Positions 10,352-19,210 of a stretch of DNA of 43,005 nucleotides are shown piece after piece. The notes under the pieces are model-generated. The model did no database searches, was not told where the DNA came from, and saw only the letters and a list, made by a program, of their open reading frames with translations. Origin of the DNA: Acidobacteriota bacterium (GTDB lineage: Bacteria > Acidobacteriota > UBA6911 > JACQSX01); contig DASXQR010000212.1 of the NCBI GenBank assembly GCA_036507075.1, forward strand, positions 1 through 43,005. The letters are read 5' to 3'. The number at the start of each line of letters is the position of its first letter. Position 1 is the stretch's first letter. The position numbers and the translations under genes were made by a program.

Positions 10352-10559
10352 CCACAAGTATGAGGTGATCATCTATTGGAGCGCTGAAGACGAAGCTTTC
10401 ATCGCGGAGGTGCCTGAATTGGCTGGATGCGCGGCAGATGGAACATCCTACTCTCAAGCTTTGGCAAACGTTCAAGTTGTGATTCAAGAATGGATTGAAA
10501 CGGCCAAGGGAATGGGTCGTCCGATTCCAAAACCAAAGGGTCGCCTGACTTTCGCCTAA
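10341..10559 (+). CDS. hicB: HicB family antitoxin
   Basis: YEVIIYWSAEDEAFIAEVPELAGCAADG..WIETAKGMGRPIPKP. Confidence 0.9.
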   Translation: MKNNHKYEVIIYWSAEDEAFIAEVPELAGCAADGTSYSQALANVQVVIQEWIETAKGMGRPIPKPKGRLTFA

Positions 10560-10586
10560 CCCTTTCAGTCTTCCCGGCAAGTCGCT

Positions 10587-10673
10587 GCTTAACCATCGCT
10601 GCAGTCGACGCGCCACCACCCGGTGCCTTCGGTCAACATGGTGTTCGGGGCGCGGCTTATGCCTGGATCAAGC
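10587..10673 (+). other. Degenerate attC-like site
   Basis: GCTTAAC-N4-GCTGCAGTCGACGCGCC ... GGCGCGGCTTATGC; complementary to GTTAAGC at 10036-10042; terminal GTT missing. Confidence 0.5.
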
Positions 10674-10796
10674 AACCTTTATCCTGCCCCCAGTGCCGGA
10701 GGTGATTCGAAAGTGGGACAACTTCGAAAAAGTTCTTCACGCTCCCGGCGATCTGCCTGTGTTTATCCACTGCAGTTTCGACTAACTATCTTCAAG

Positions 10797-10830
10797 GATT
10801 TCGTGAAATTCGTGTAATTCGTGTTAATTC
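10797..10830 (+). repeat. Nonamer array R6
   Basis: TTTCGTGAAATTCGTGTAATTCGTGTTAATTC. Confidence 0.85.
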
Positions 10831-10908
10831 ATACTCACGCCTTTCGAGTACACCTTTCCGGCACGCAGGTTTTAGAGAATCTCTTCGGCTGCTGGTACTG
10901 GGGTCTGA

Positions 10909-11037
10909 CTACCTATCCACGCTTCCGGCGGCTTCGCGGAAGAGGCAAAAAGTGTTGGCCATGCGCATCTCCTCTGCCGTCCGGCACCGGATTCTGAACA
11001 GGTCTGGGCTGCAAACGAGGATGGCCAGCGCGCGAGC
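10909..11037 (-). pseudogene. Orphan 3' end of a helicase homologous to 11900-13150
   Basis: ARALAILVCSPDLFRIRCRTAEEMRMANTFCLFREAAGSVDR*; aligns to 11951-12055. Confidence 0.85.
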
Positions 11038-11075
11038 CGTTGCACAGGCTTGTGCGCATATGCAATTATATATGC

Positions 11076-11375
11076 GTGTACCAAATCCGCGTCGCCCGGG
11101 ATGTTGAAAAGGATCTTAAGAAATTGAAGGCGCGTGATCGCAAATTAGTAGTGGATGCAATCCAAACTAATTTGAGTTACCAGCCGACAATTGCAACAAG
11201 AAACAGGAAAATCCTGGCGAGCCTGATTCCGCCCTGGAATGCCGAACCGCCGATCTGGGAATTGCGGGTTGGCGATTACCGCGTATTCTACGACGTTTCC
11301 GAAGCAGAGGAGACAGTGTTTGTTCGTGCCATCCGCAGGAAGCCAGGCGGGCAAACAACCGAGGAGATCTTATGA
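11076..11375 (+). CDS. RelE/ParE family toxin
   Basis: GTG start; WELRVGDYRVFYDV..VFVRAIRRK. Confidence 0.88.
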   Translation: MYQIRVARDVEKDLKKLKARDRKLVVDAIQTNLSYQPTIATRNRKILASLIPPWNAEPPIWELRVGDYRVFYDVSEAEETVFVRAIRRKPGGQTTEEIL

Positions 11376-11611
11376 AAACTACTACAATGCGAGACCTCCA
11401 GAAGAACCTGAAGGAGAGCATCGATAATGCCCAGCAGGATCGCGTGGTCATAACCAGGCATGGAAAACCCGCGGCTGTGCTTATTGGAGTAGAAGGCGAG
11501 GATTGGGATTCTGTCGTCCTTGAGACCGACCCCAAATTCTGGAAACTTATCCATGACCGCAGAAAACAACCGACTGTTCCTCTGGGTGAAATCAAAAAGC
11601 GTTTGAAGTGA
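11372..11611 (+). CDS. Phd/YefM family antitoxin
   Basis: RVVITRHGKPAAVLIG; 4-bp overlap with toxin. Confidence 0.9.
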   Translation: MKTTTMRDLQKNLKESIDNAQQDRVVITRHGKPAAVLIGVEGEDWDSVVLETDPKFWKLIHDRRKQPTVPLGEIKKRLK

Positions 11612-11704
11612 GAACAGAACGTGACAAAACGACAACACGATCACCGGCCGCCGGGAAGCACATTGCCACCGAGCGTAACGCTCGAAGGTTTGAAGCGAGA
11701 ATAG

Positions 11705-11740
11705 TTCGTGCAATTCGTGAAATTCGTGTAATTCGTGTTT
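11705..11740 (+). repeat. Nonamer array R7
   Basis: TTCGTGCAATTCGTGAAATTCGTGTAATTCGTGTT. Confidence 0.85.
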
Positions 11741-11899
11741 CAAATTCGACACTTGCGCCAAGCTGACGCCGTTATGGCTCTTACTTTAAAAAATCCGGAA
11801 AATTGAAATAAGCGACCATACGACCATTCCTTATTCCAATGGACTGAAACAAGGAGAATGAGCCGGCCAAAGGTTGCCTCTTTGAGCTCAGTATTGAGG

Positions 11900-13150
11900 T
11901 TATCCGGCCGCAATAGATGAGGCCTTACTCCCGCTCCGCCGCTCGGCCAGTTCGCGGAAAAGGCAAAAGATATTGGCCATCCGCATCTCTTCTGAGGTCC
12001 TGCATCGGATCCTGAACAGGTCTGGACTGCAAATGAGAATCGCCAGCGCGGGCGCGGGAGATGGCGACATTGAGTCGATTGCGGGAGTAGAGAAATTCGA
12101 TGTCGCGCGGAGCGTCGTCGGGCGAAGAGCTGGCAGTCGAATAGAGTACCAGCGCTCCTTCCTGACCTTGGAACTTATCCACCGTCCCGACTCGGCCTCT
12201 CTGACCGAACCGCTGAAGAAGGCGCCTTGAGATCTCGCCAACCTGAAGGTTATAGGGCGCAACAATAAGGATATCGTCGAGAGACAAAGGTCGCTTCTCG
12301 CCTTTCTGGTTGATCCAGTCACGACCGTCCAGTAAGGATATGACCTCCACGACTGCTTTAGCTTCCTCTGTGGAGCGCGATGAATTCTGTTCATGGTTCA
12401 CCAATAATAAATGGATACCCGTTCCGGGGAGACCGCTGCCCGATTCGATCGCTTGCGCGCGCGTAGACTCGTGGGGTTCCAGGCGGCCCTCGTAAAAAGC
12501 CTGGGAGATGTAGTTGCAGACGTCCGGGTGCAACCGCCATGTCTTGTCCAGCAAAAGTCCTCGCTCTGGCGGAATTGTGTCGAATTCGCCGAGGACATGT
12601 TCAAGCGCGGACGCGCCGGCCCCTTCCGGATGTGTGCCCTTTGTGACCTGGGGCAGTTGGTTTGGATCACCCAGGAGCACGATAGACCGTGCCGCACCCC
12701 CCATCGCGATCACGTTCGCGAGGGACATCTGACCGGCCTCGTCGACGAACAGGACGTCTATGAATCCTTCCATGTCGGCGCGTGCAAAGAGCCAGGGGGT
12801 TCCGGCGGCAACGCTGTATGTGCCGTCTCTGAGCGCCTGGATAACATCGCTGTTCTCTTCCGCGACAGTGACTTCTCGCTCCTTTGAACCCTCTTCCTCT
12901 TCGCATCGCTGAATCACACGAACCTTTTGCCCGGCTTCACGGCCCGCCCGGCAAACCTCATCAACCAGGTTTGTGATGGCTTTGTGGGCCGTAGCTGTGA
13001 TCCCAATCTTCTTACCGCTCCGCGCTCGGCAACGAGTATCCCGGTAGCACACATGTCACGCGCGTCGACCTGCGCGGAGCCGCCGAACCCAAGGACAGCC
13101 TGTGCCACGAATTGCCCTGTCGTTGACGGGCTCTCCTCGGCGAGATCACT
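11900..13150 (-). pseudogene. SF1 Upf1/DNA2-like helicase C-terminal half (TM0106-type), truncated and frameshifted
   Basis: VDEAGQ, GDPNQL, APYN, TVDKFQGQE, RLNVAISRAR present; Walker A absent; 2-bp loss near 12048. Confidence 0.85.
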
Positions 13151-13281
13151 GAAGTGACCGAGGCCCTGGCGCCAATTCCGTCACCACGACCTTAAGCTCC
13201 GCAGACCGCCCTGAGGATGTGGGTCTGGAACCGATTCGATTCAACCAACCGCGCCCACGTCGAAAAGAAACCGGCGCAAAT

Positions 13282-13938
13282 CTATTCGACAACGATCCCA
13301 CCGCTTTCAGTCGTCCAAAAGATTTGAAATCCTAGTTTGTGCCGGAAGCTCTCGACTTTCCGCGCGAGGTTTGCGTACGTTGAAAATCCTCGAGGAAGTA
13401 CGAGACCGAGATCGACGTCGGAGTTCGTTTCTCGGTAGAGAATGAGATCAAACAACGCTGCAGCGAACCAGTGACGGGCCTGTGGGTAGCAGCTGCGCTG
13501 CGGGTATCCTTTGACTGTGAGCCACATCTCCCGGCCGTCTGGGGACGTTGCGATTACATCCTTCCCATGTTGCCTCGATTCCGTATCGGCGGAACCGGTC
13601 ACTTGCCATCCGATACTTTGAAGATGCTCGACGAGTCGAGCCTGGACATTGCCCTCCCAGAACCAGGGCTTCTCTCCGTTGGAAGCTGCGACGTTTCGAG
13701 TAGGGGCAGCGTCAACAGAGGCCACTGTGTCCCGAGAATGAGAAACGTTGACGTACTTGTACTCCGAACCGAGCCTGCAAACATCCTTGCGGCGCTCGAT
13801 CTGCTCGCTGGATTTCAATTCACGGCAAGCACTGTTTACCGCTTGGCGACGGCTGACGCGGAGCTCTCGCGCCAGGCAATCGTCGCAGATGGCTTCGCCC
13901 GAACGAAGCCTCTCAAGAATTCTCTCTCTTAGAGTCAT
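13282..13938 (-). CDS. HTH + PD-(D/E)XK-like nuclease hypothetical protein
   Basis: N-terminal ICDDCLARELRV HTH-like segment; WEGNVQ..GKDVIAT..WLTVKGYP; AGGAGG RBS. Confidence 0.6.
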   Translation of the reverse strand: MTLRERILERLRSGEAICDDCLARELRVSRRQAVNSACRELKSSEQIERRKDVCRLGSEYKYVNVSHSRDTVASVDAAPTRNVAASNGEKPWFWEGNVQARLVEHLQSIGWQVTGSADTESRQHGKDVIATSPDGREMWLTVKGYPQRSCYPQARHWFAAALFDLILYRETNSDVDLGLVLPRGFSTYANLARKVESFRHKLGFQIFWTTESGGIVVE

Positions 13939-14006
13939 TCTGCACCTCACCTCCTTATTTGGCTTGATTGACCGCAGCTCGCTGCTGCTGTTCTTCCTTG
14001 CTCGGT

Positions 14007-14372
14007 TTAACCTCGAACGTACTCATTCTCGTACCACCTTAGAAGCTCCAGGTACTGCTCCGGTAGATCCTCAGGCCGTGGGCATGTCTTTCCACCTTCG
14101 CGATAGGAGTGGAACGGGTCGCTGGGACGAAACAGCCGTCTACGGCCGCGGCTGGTTTCAAAGAGCATCCGGTAATTTCCGGGGTTCGGGCGCTTATTTG
14201 CGACGCAGTGAAGTGATATGTGAACCTGAACTCCTGGTCTGAGCCGACCCGTGATGTTCTCCTGCGCCACGCGGTCCACAATCTCCCGAACGTTGAAATC
14301 GGGTTCTGCCGGACGCTCCCGATGCAGCAGCGCGGTAGCAACCCATACCTCATCGGCGACTTTGACATTCAT
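14007..14372 (-). CDS. Hypothetical protein
   Basis: 121-aa ORF co-oriented with the downstream nuclease-like gene; protein-like composition. Confidence 0.7.
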   Translation of the reverse strand: MNVKVADEVWVATALLHRERPAEPDFNVREIVDRVAQENITGRLRPGVQVHISLHCVANKRPNPGNYRMLFETSRGRRRLFRPSDPFHSYREGGKTCPRPEDLPEQYLELLRWYENEYVRG

Positions 14373-14479
14373 ACGTACATACTAACATACATTAAGACCT
14401 CCGCCCGCCGCACAAGGGTGTAGAATAGGTGTAATTTTGAATAGTCTGTGCTGACTTTTTCCACTAAAATTGGAAATAA

Positions 14480-15310
14480 ATGACACAGAATATACCTCAA
14501 GGTAAACAGGGCATCAGCGGCGTCTCCCGGCGTTTATTGAGCCGTCTGCTAAGAGAGCGACCGGAGACTATGACGCCGGCCGACGCCGCTCAAGTGCTCA
14601 ACCTTCCTCAAAACAAGGCGGCGAAGCTGCTTGCCGACTGGGCCAAACGTGGCTGGCTGGCGCGGGTGCGGCAAGGCCTTTATGTCCCGGTTCCTCTTGA
14701 CTCAATTTCACCCCACATAATTCCAGACGATCCCTGGCTGATCGCGGTGCGCGTGTTTGAGCCCTGCTATATAGGCGGGTGGAGTGCTGCGGAACACTGG
14801 GATCTTACAGAGCAGATCTTCCGAACCACGGTCGTCCTCACCACGCGTCGTGTTGGAGATAGAAACCCCGACCTTTTGGGACTGAAGTTTCGAGTGAAAA
14901 CCGTCAGCACCCAGGCATTCTTCGGATTGAAGAATGTGTGGCGAAATTCAGTCCAAGTTCCTGTCTCGGATCCGAGCCGAACAATCGTTGATCTGTTCGA
15001 TGATCCGTCAATGGGAGGAGGCATCCGACCCTCCGCTGACATTCTTCGAAACTATCTGGCGTCTAAAACCAAAGATCTGCCCCTCATCATCGAATATGCC
15101 GATCGTCTTGGAAACCGGGCGGTGTTCAAGCGGCTCGGCTTTTTGATGGAACAAGTTGCACCGACCGAACAGCAATTCATTTCCGAATGCAAAGCACGGC
15201 TGTCCGCCGGCAATGCGAAGCTTGACCCCACTCTACCCGCCGAAAAGTTAATCACACGCTGGAGGCTCTGGGTGCCGCGTACATGGGCACGGAGAATACC
15301 GGGTGATTAG
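14480..15310 (+). CDS. abiEi: Type IV TA antitoxin, AbiEi family
   Basis: wHTH GWLARVRQGLY, YIGGWSAAEHWDLTEQ, SDPSRTIVD, KRLGFL. Confidence 0.88.
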   Translation: MTQNIPQGKQGISGVSRRLLSRLLRERPETMTPADAAQVLNLPQNKAAKLLADWAKRGWLARVRQGLYVPVPLDSISPHIIPDDPWLIAVRVFEPCYIGGWSAAEHWDLTEQIFRTTVVLTTRRVGDRNPDLLGLKFRVKTVSTQAFFGLKNVWRNSVQVPVSDPSRTIVDLFDDPSMGGGIRPSADILRNYLASKTKDLPLIIEYADRLGNRAVFKRLGFLMEQVAPTEQQFISECKARLSAGNAKLDPTLPAEKLITRWRLWVPRTWARRIPGD

Positions 15311-16691
15311 CAGTGCGGAGATTCAGGAGTTCGCAGCCGAGCTGGGTCTTCAGCCGCGCATCATTGAGAAGGACTATGTTCTCGGCTGGCTGCTGGCCGG
15401 CATTTACCAGCATCCTGTCCTGAGCCAGTCCTGGTTATTTAAAGGCGGCACCTGCCTCAAAAAATGTTTTTTTGAAACGTACCGATTTTCAGAGGATCTC
15501 GACTTTACACTCACAGATGCCGCGCATCTGGATGAGGCATTCCTTCATGAGCACTTAGGCCAGGTTTGCGGATGGATTTATGAGACCAGCGGCATCGAGA
15601 TGCCGCTCACCAACCTGCGGTTTGATCGATATCAAAACAGACGCGGTCAATATTGTGTTCAAGGTCGCATTAGCTACCGGGGGCCATTTCGGCCAGGCGG
15701 TGACCTGCCCCGCGTCAAGCTGGATCTCACGGCCGACGAGTTGGTCGTCGGTAGGCCGCAGGTGCGCGACGTTTTTCATCCGTACTCTGATTGCCCGGAA
15801 GGAGGAATACGATCTCTCTGTTACAGCTTCGAAGAGTTGGTCGCGGAGAAAATGAGAGCGCTGGTGCAGCGCTTACGGCCGCGGGACCTTTATGACGTCG
15901 TAAATCTTTATCGACGCAATGACATGCCTGCGGACCGCGACGTTGTCTTCAGCATTCTTTCGGAGAAATGTGACTTCGTCGCAATTCCAATCCCGACGTT
16001 TGCTGTCCTTGACCAGATGTCTGAAAAGGCTGAGCTGGCCCAGGAATGGAGCAATATGCTGGCTCACCAACTTCCGTTTTTGCCGCCCTTTGAACAATTC
16101 TGGGCAGAGCTCCCGAACATTTTTGCGTGGCTGCACGGCGCCATCAGGCCTGCACCTGTATCGATTCCACTGGTTGAAGCGGTGGACACGACGTGGCGAC
16201 CTCCCGCGGCCGCACGTCCCTGGGGCGCGCCTGTTCCGCTCGAGATTATCCGTTTCGCGGCGGCAAACCACCTCTGCGTTGATTTGAAATACCAGGGAAC
16301 ATGGCGACTAATCGAGCCGTATTCGTTGTATCGAAGCAGTGAAGACAACTTGGTCCTCCGTGCTGTCAAACATCAAACCGGCGAACCACGTTCTTACCGC
16401 ATCGACCGAATCGAAGGGGCCCGGGCCACTGAAACATCTTTCAGCCCGCGCTACGCAATCGAGCTGACACCGTCAGGGCCTCTAACAGTCACAGCGAGTA
16501 CTGCCGGATACCACCCGCGCTCACTCCGCCCGCCACCGGGACTCTTCCATGAGCCTCGATACATTATCGAGTGCCCAGTCTGCAGGAAACGGTTTACGCG
16601 GAAGCTGTACGATCTGACATTGAGGGAACACAAAGACCAGAACGGTGTTCCTTGTTGGGAACGCTCTGCAGTTTTCATTGAAAAACGGTAG
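15303..16691 (+). CDS. abiEii: AbiEii nucleotidyltransferase toxin fused to WYL and Zn-finger domains
   Basis: IEKDYVL, FKGGTCLKK, RFSEDLDF, AEKMRAL, RDLYD; WYL-like RLIEPYSL..RSYRIDRI; CPVC..H..C tail. Confidence 0.88.
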   Translation: MISSAEIQEFAAELGLQPRIIEKDYVLGWLLAGIYQHPVLSQSWLFKGGTCLKKCFFETYRFSEDLDFTLTDAAHLDEAFLHEHLGQVCGWIYETSGIEMPLTNLRFDRYQNRRGQYCVQGRISYRGPFRPGGDLPRVKLDLTADELVVGRPQVRDVFHPYSDCPEGGIRSLCYSFEELVAEKMRALVQRLRPRDLYDVVNLYRRNDMPADRDVVFSILSEKCDFVAIPIPTFAVLDQMSEKAELAQEWSNMLAHQLPFLPPFEQFWAELPNIFAWLHGAIRPAPVSIPLVEAVDTTWRPPAAARPWGAPVPLEIIRFAAANHLCVDLKYQGTWRLIEPYSLYRSSEDNLVLRAVKHQTGEPRSYRIDRIEGARATETSFSPRYAIELTPSGPLTVTASTAGYHPRSLRPPPGLFHEPRYIIECPVCRKRFTRKLYDLTLREHKDQNGVPCWERSAVFIEKR

Positions 16692-16801
16692 AAGGTGGGT
16701 GGAGGATACGATCCAAACGCGTACCTTACCATAGTGGCGAGGGTCTGTGGAGATTGTGAGGGTTTGGGTAGTGGGGTCTTAGCGTCGAGATAAGTTCGCG
16801 A

Positions 16802-17488
16802 CTATTCGGCGATTGTTTGTTCGATCTCATTAAGGGTCTTAATGTGATCGGCTGTTCGAAGCGGAGCCGTTGAAATGAAAAGATTATCAGCATAGGGTGT
16901 ATTGATGCGTCGCTCGATCAAGAACCTCGCAAGTGAGCTGAACATACCCGGTAATTCCGTCTTGTCAAAATCCAATGTCAGCGAATGAAGCTGTGCACCA
17001 TTAGCTGTTTTTATGCCATATGTGTCTTGGTATACCTTTTCCGCCGCTCTGGAGAGTGCGTCAAATTTAGACACAAAACGGTTAGCGGATGATTTAAACT
17101 GTACCGTAATTTGGCTGAAGAAGAATTTCCGTGGTTCAACAGTGACCTGTCTGAAGTCAAACTCATCCCTTAAAAACTTGAGAAGATCTTCAATAAAAAA
17201 TTCGGAGACTTCCGTATTATCCGCAGTACAGACCATACCATCTTGGAACGCCGTGAAATCCTGAATCGGAAAATCGCGAGCATCTTTTCGTATTTTCCCA
17301 ATCGTGAACTTGAAGCCCTCCTTTTGTGCTTGTTCTTGGCTTGCGGCGACATTCGGTATCGTGCCAAACCGGTATCGTTCCTGAATTGAGCTAAACAGCG
17401 AGGGAAGGTATACCCCACCCAGTGGGGCAATCGCATCAATTGGAACCATTAGAATTGTTCTGCCGATTTGCGTTGCAATTAAGTTCAT
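16802..17488 (-). CDS. Hypothetical protein, third gene of RelE-HTH operon
   Basis: 228-aa ORF with 4-bp overlap to the HTH gene. Confidence 0.75.
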   Translation of the reverse strand: MNLIATQIGRTILMVPIDAIAPLGGVYLPSLFSSIQERYRFGTIPNVAASQEQAQKEGFKFTIGKIRKDARDFPIQDFTAFQDGMVCTADNTEVSEFFIEDLLKFLRDEFDFRQVTVEPRKFFFSQITVQFKSSANRFVSKFDALSRAAEKVYQDTYGIKTANGAQLHSLTLDFDKTELPGMFSSLARFLIERRINTPYADNLFISTAPLRTADHIKTLNEIEQTIAE

Positions 17489-18042
17489 TGGCCACCAGTC
17501 ATTCCGAGTGTCGCTTCAAGTCCAGTCTCCTCACGTCCTAGCAGACTCGGCAAGGACGGCGGCACTGAACCCCTCCTCTCTTGCATGAAATCGCCAATAT
17601 GCACAACTAGGCCACCACTTGCTCGCCGGTCTCTAGCCGTAGCCCAATTCGTCAAACGGCTCTCCTCTTCGTGGATGCTTTGAGCAGACAGCGCGACAGG
17701 TGACACATCTTCGTACTCTCGAAGCAACCGACTAAACGGAACAAATTTGACGAGTAGTGCGACATCAAACGCAGACGCAATTTCAAAGAGAGTTTTCAGC
17801 GTCAGTTTTCCGTAGTTCGGGTCTTCGAGCCGAGTGATTACGTTCCGTGGCTTTTGTGCCTCCTCTCCGAGTTTGCCTTGCGTCCACCGCCTTTCCTCTC
17901 TCAAAGCGCGGATCTGGAAAGGAATGCCATTTCGAATATGCTCGTAGACGTACGAGTCTCGGAACTTTTTGCTATCTAGCAATTTACGAACGAGTGAGAC
18001 GTTAGAAAGTAATTTCACGGGCACGTTCCTTCCGCGCTTCAA
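17485..18042 (-). CDS. XRE-family HTH antitoxin (HigA-like) with long C-terminal extension
   Basis: QIRALREERRWTQGKLG..ITRLEDPNYGKLTLKTLFEIASAFDV. Confidence 0.85.
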   Translation of the reverse strand: MKRGRNVPVKLLSNVSLVRKLLDSKKFRDSYVYEHIRNGIPFQIRALREERRWTQGKLGEEAQKPRNVITRLEDPNYGKLTLKTLFEIASAFDVALLVKFVPFSRLLREYEDVSPVALSAQSIHEEESRLTNWATARDRRASGGLVVHIGDFMQERRGSVPPSLPSLLGREETGLEATLGMTGGQ

Positions 18043-18391
18043 TTAGCGCCTTCCTATTGAAAGCCGTTTCGCAAATGTTCACTGGGTCAAACTTCCTATC
18101 TCGCTCAGTGGCAAACGCCAGAAACGTAAACTCCTCAGCGCCGGAAAAATACCCAATTGGCCTGTACTGAACTTTGTTCACCTTCAATCTGATCTCGAAT
18201 AGTCCTTTGCAATTCCTCGTCAACTGACCGACATACGGCCTATCCCAAGCACTCGGGGGGAGAGTTAACAAGAATTTCATGCGCATGAGAAATGCGTTCT
18301 GCACGTCTTCGTCTTGAGCTTCAAACCAGTCTAGGACGATCGTCCGATTGCTTGTTTCGGAGAGCGTAACGCTCTTTATTTTCCACGCCAT
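18002..18391 (-). CDS. RelE/HigB (Gp49-like) toxin
   Basis: VLDWFEAQ..GLFEIRLKVNKVQYRPIGYF; toxin-first order; start at ATG 18391. Confidence 0.82.
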   Translation of the reverse strand: MAWKIKSVTLSETSNRTIVLDWFEAQDEDVQNAFLMRMKFLLTLPPSAWDRPYVGQLTRNCKGLFEIRLKVNKVQYRPIGYFSGAEEFTFLAFATERDRKFDPVNICETAFNRKALIEARKERAREITF

Positions 18392-18401
18392 TGAGTCTAC
18401 A

Positions 18402-18461
18402 TCGCAAAATTGCGACATTGCAAGTGCCAAACACTTAACATTAAGTCGCAACGTTGCGACT
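18402..18461. promoter_or_regulatory. Paired palindromic operators
   Basis: Perfect 18-bp AGTCGCAACGTTGCGACT (18444-18461) and related TCGCAAAATTGCGA (18402-18415) upstream of toxin. Confidence 0.7.
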
Positions 18462-18541
18462 ATAGCTTCATCCTTATGAAAATAAAAGGCCAGCAATCCC
18501 AAGTTGTGAAACTGGAACTGCTGGCCTTTGGTCTTTTCATT

Positions 18542-18613
18542 GGGCCTGTACCTCAAGGGATAGAGGGAGTCGGTTGCTAACCGACGTGTCGTGGGTTTGA
18601 GTCCCCAGGGTTT
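18542..18613 (+). pseudogene. Degenerate tRNA (loop centre GCT, short variable arm)
   Basis: GGGCCTG-TA-CCTC..GAGG D stem; GTCGG-TTGCTAA-CCGAC anticodon arm; GGG-TTTGAGT-CCC T arm; acceptor stem damaged, no CCA. Confidence 0.6.
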
Positions 18614-18619
18614 GGGATG

Positions 18620-19135
18620 CTACTTTATCTTAAGAAAATCTTGGAGGTCTTCGTAGGCGGACTTACCCCAGAGATATCGGTCCTTGTCCCGGAGAGTTTG
18701 CGCGTGGATTATGGCGGCGACTTTTGGTAGGAACTCGGTGAACTAGAGCTCGACCTCGTTTTTCCTCCCTGCAAAGTCTTTAATCCCAAGTTGCTGACGA
18801 GCACGAACGTCGTAGACCGTGAAGCGGTTCGGATAGAGGACGGTCAAGATGGCGGTGGCCATGGGGAGCGCTAGACGCCATTTTTCAAGAAGCAGCGTGA
18901 GGCGTTCTCGATCGTTCGCCGCATCGTTGATTTCCTGGGTCAGGTTCTTTATGACGGTCGAAACGTCTTTGCCGTGCGCGAGCAGCTTTCGCTTGATGCG
19001 GGACTTGGCGCGGTTTGCCTTCCAGATCACGATGCTGAAAAATTCCTCCGCCGTGAGGTACCCGCGCTCCTGAAACGCAGTTGTCACGTCCGAGAATAAG
19101 TAGTTTTCGAGGGAGTAGTATTTGATGTAGTCCAT
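18620..19135 (-). pseudogene. Hypothetical helical protein (HhH/glycosylase-like?) with in-frame TAG
   Basis: IVIWKANR..LPMATAILTVLYPNRFTVYDVR; frame continues past TAG (18743-18745) as FTEFLPKV..LRDKDRYLWGKS. Confidence 0.65.
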
Positions 19136-19210
19136 GGGAGATTTTGATATCAAGTGATGTCTTATTAGTTGGTACGGCAGGAGGAGCCGTATTGGAAGAT
19201 GAGGGGCATG

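Noticed and set aside
4861..11740. Nonamer arrays as a CRISPR array
   Set aside because: Units are directly tandem 9-mers without regular unique spacers, and no cas genes are present
16692..16800. G-rich intergenic stretch as an att site or terminator
   Set aside because: Only a short AGGGTTTGGG match to the ~18607 region and no convincing hairpin
18542..18613. tRNA-like element as an amber suppressor for the adjacent TAG
   Set aside because: CTA is off-centre in the 7-nt loop (centre is GCT) and the acceptor stem is broken
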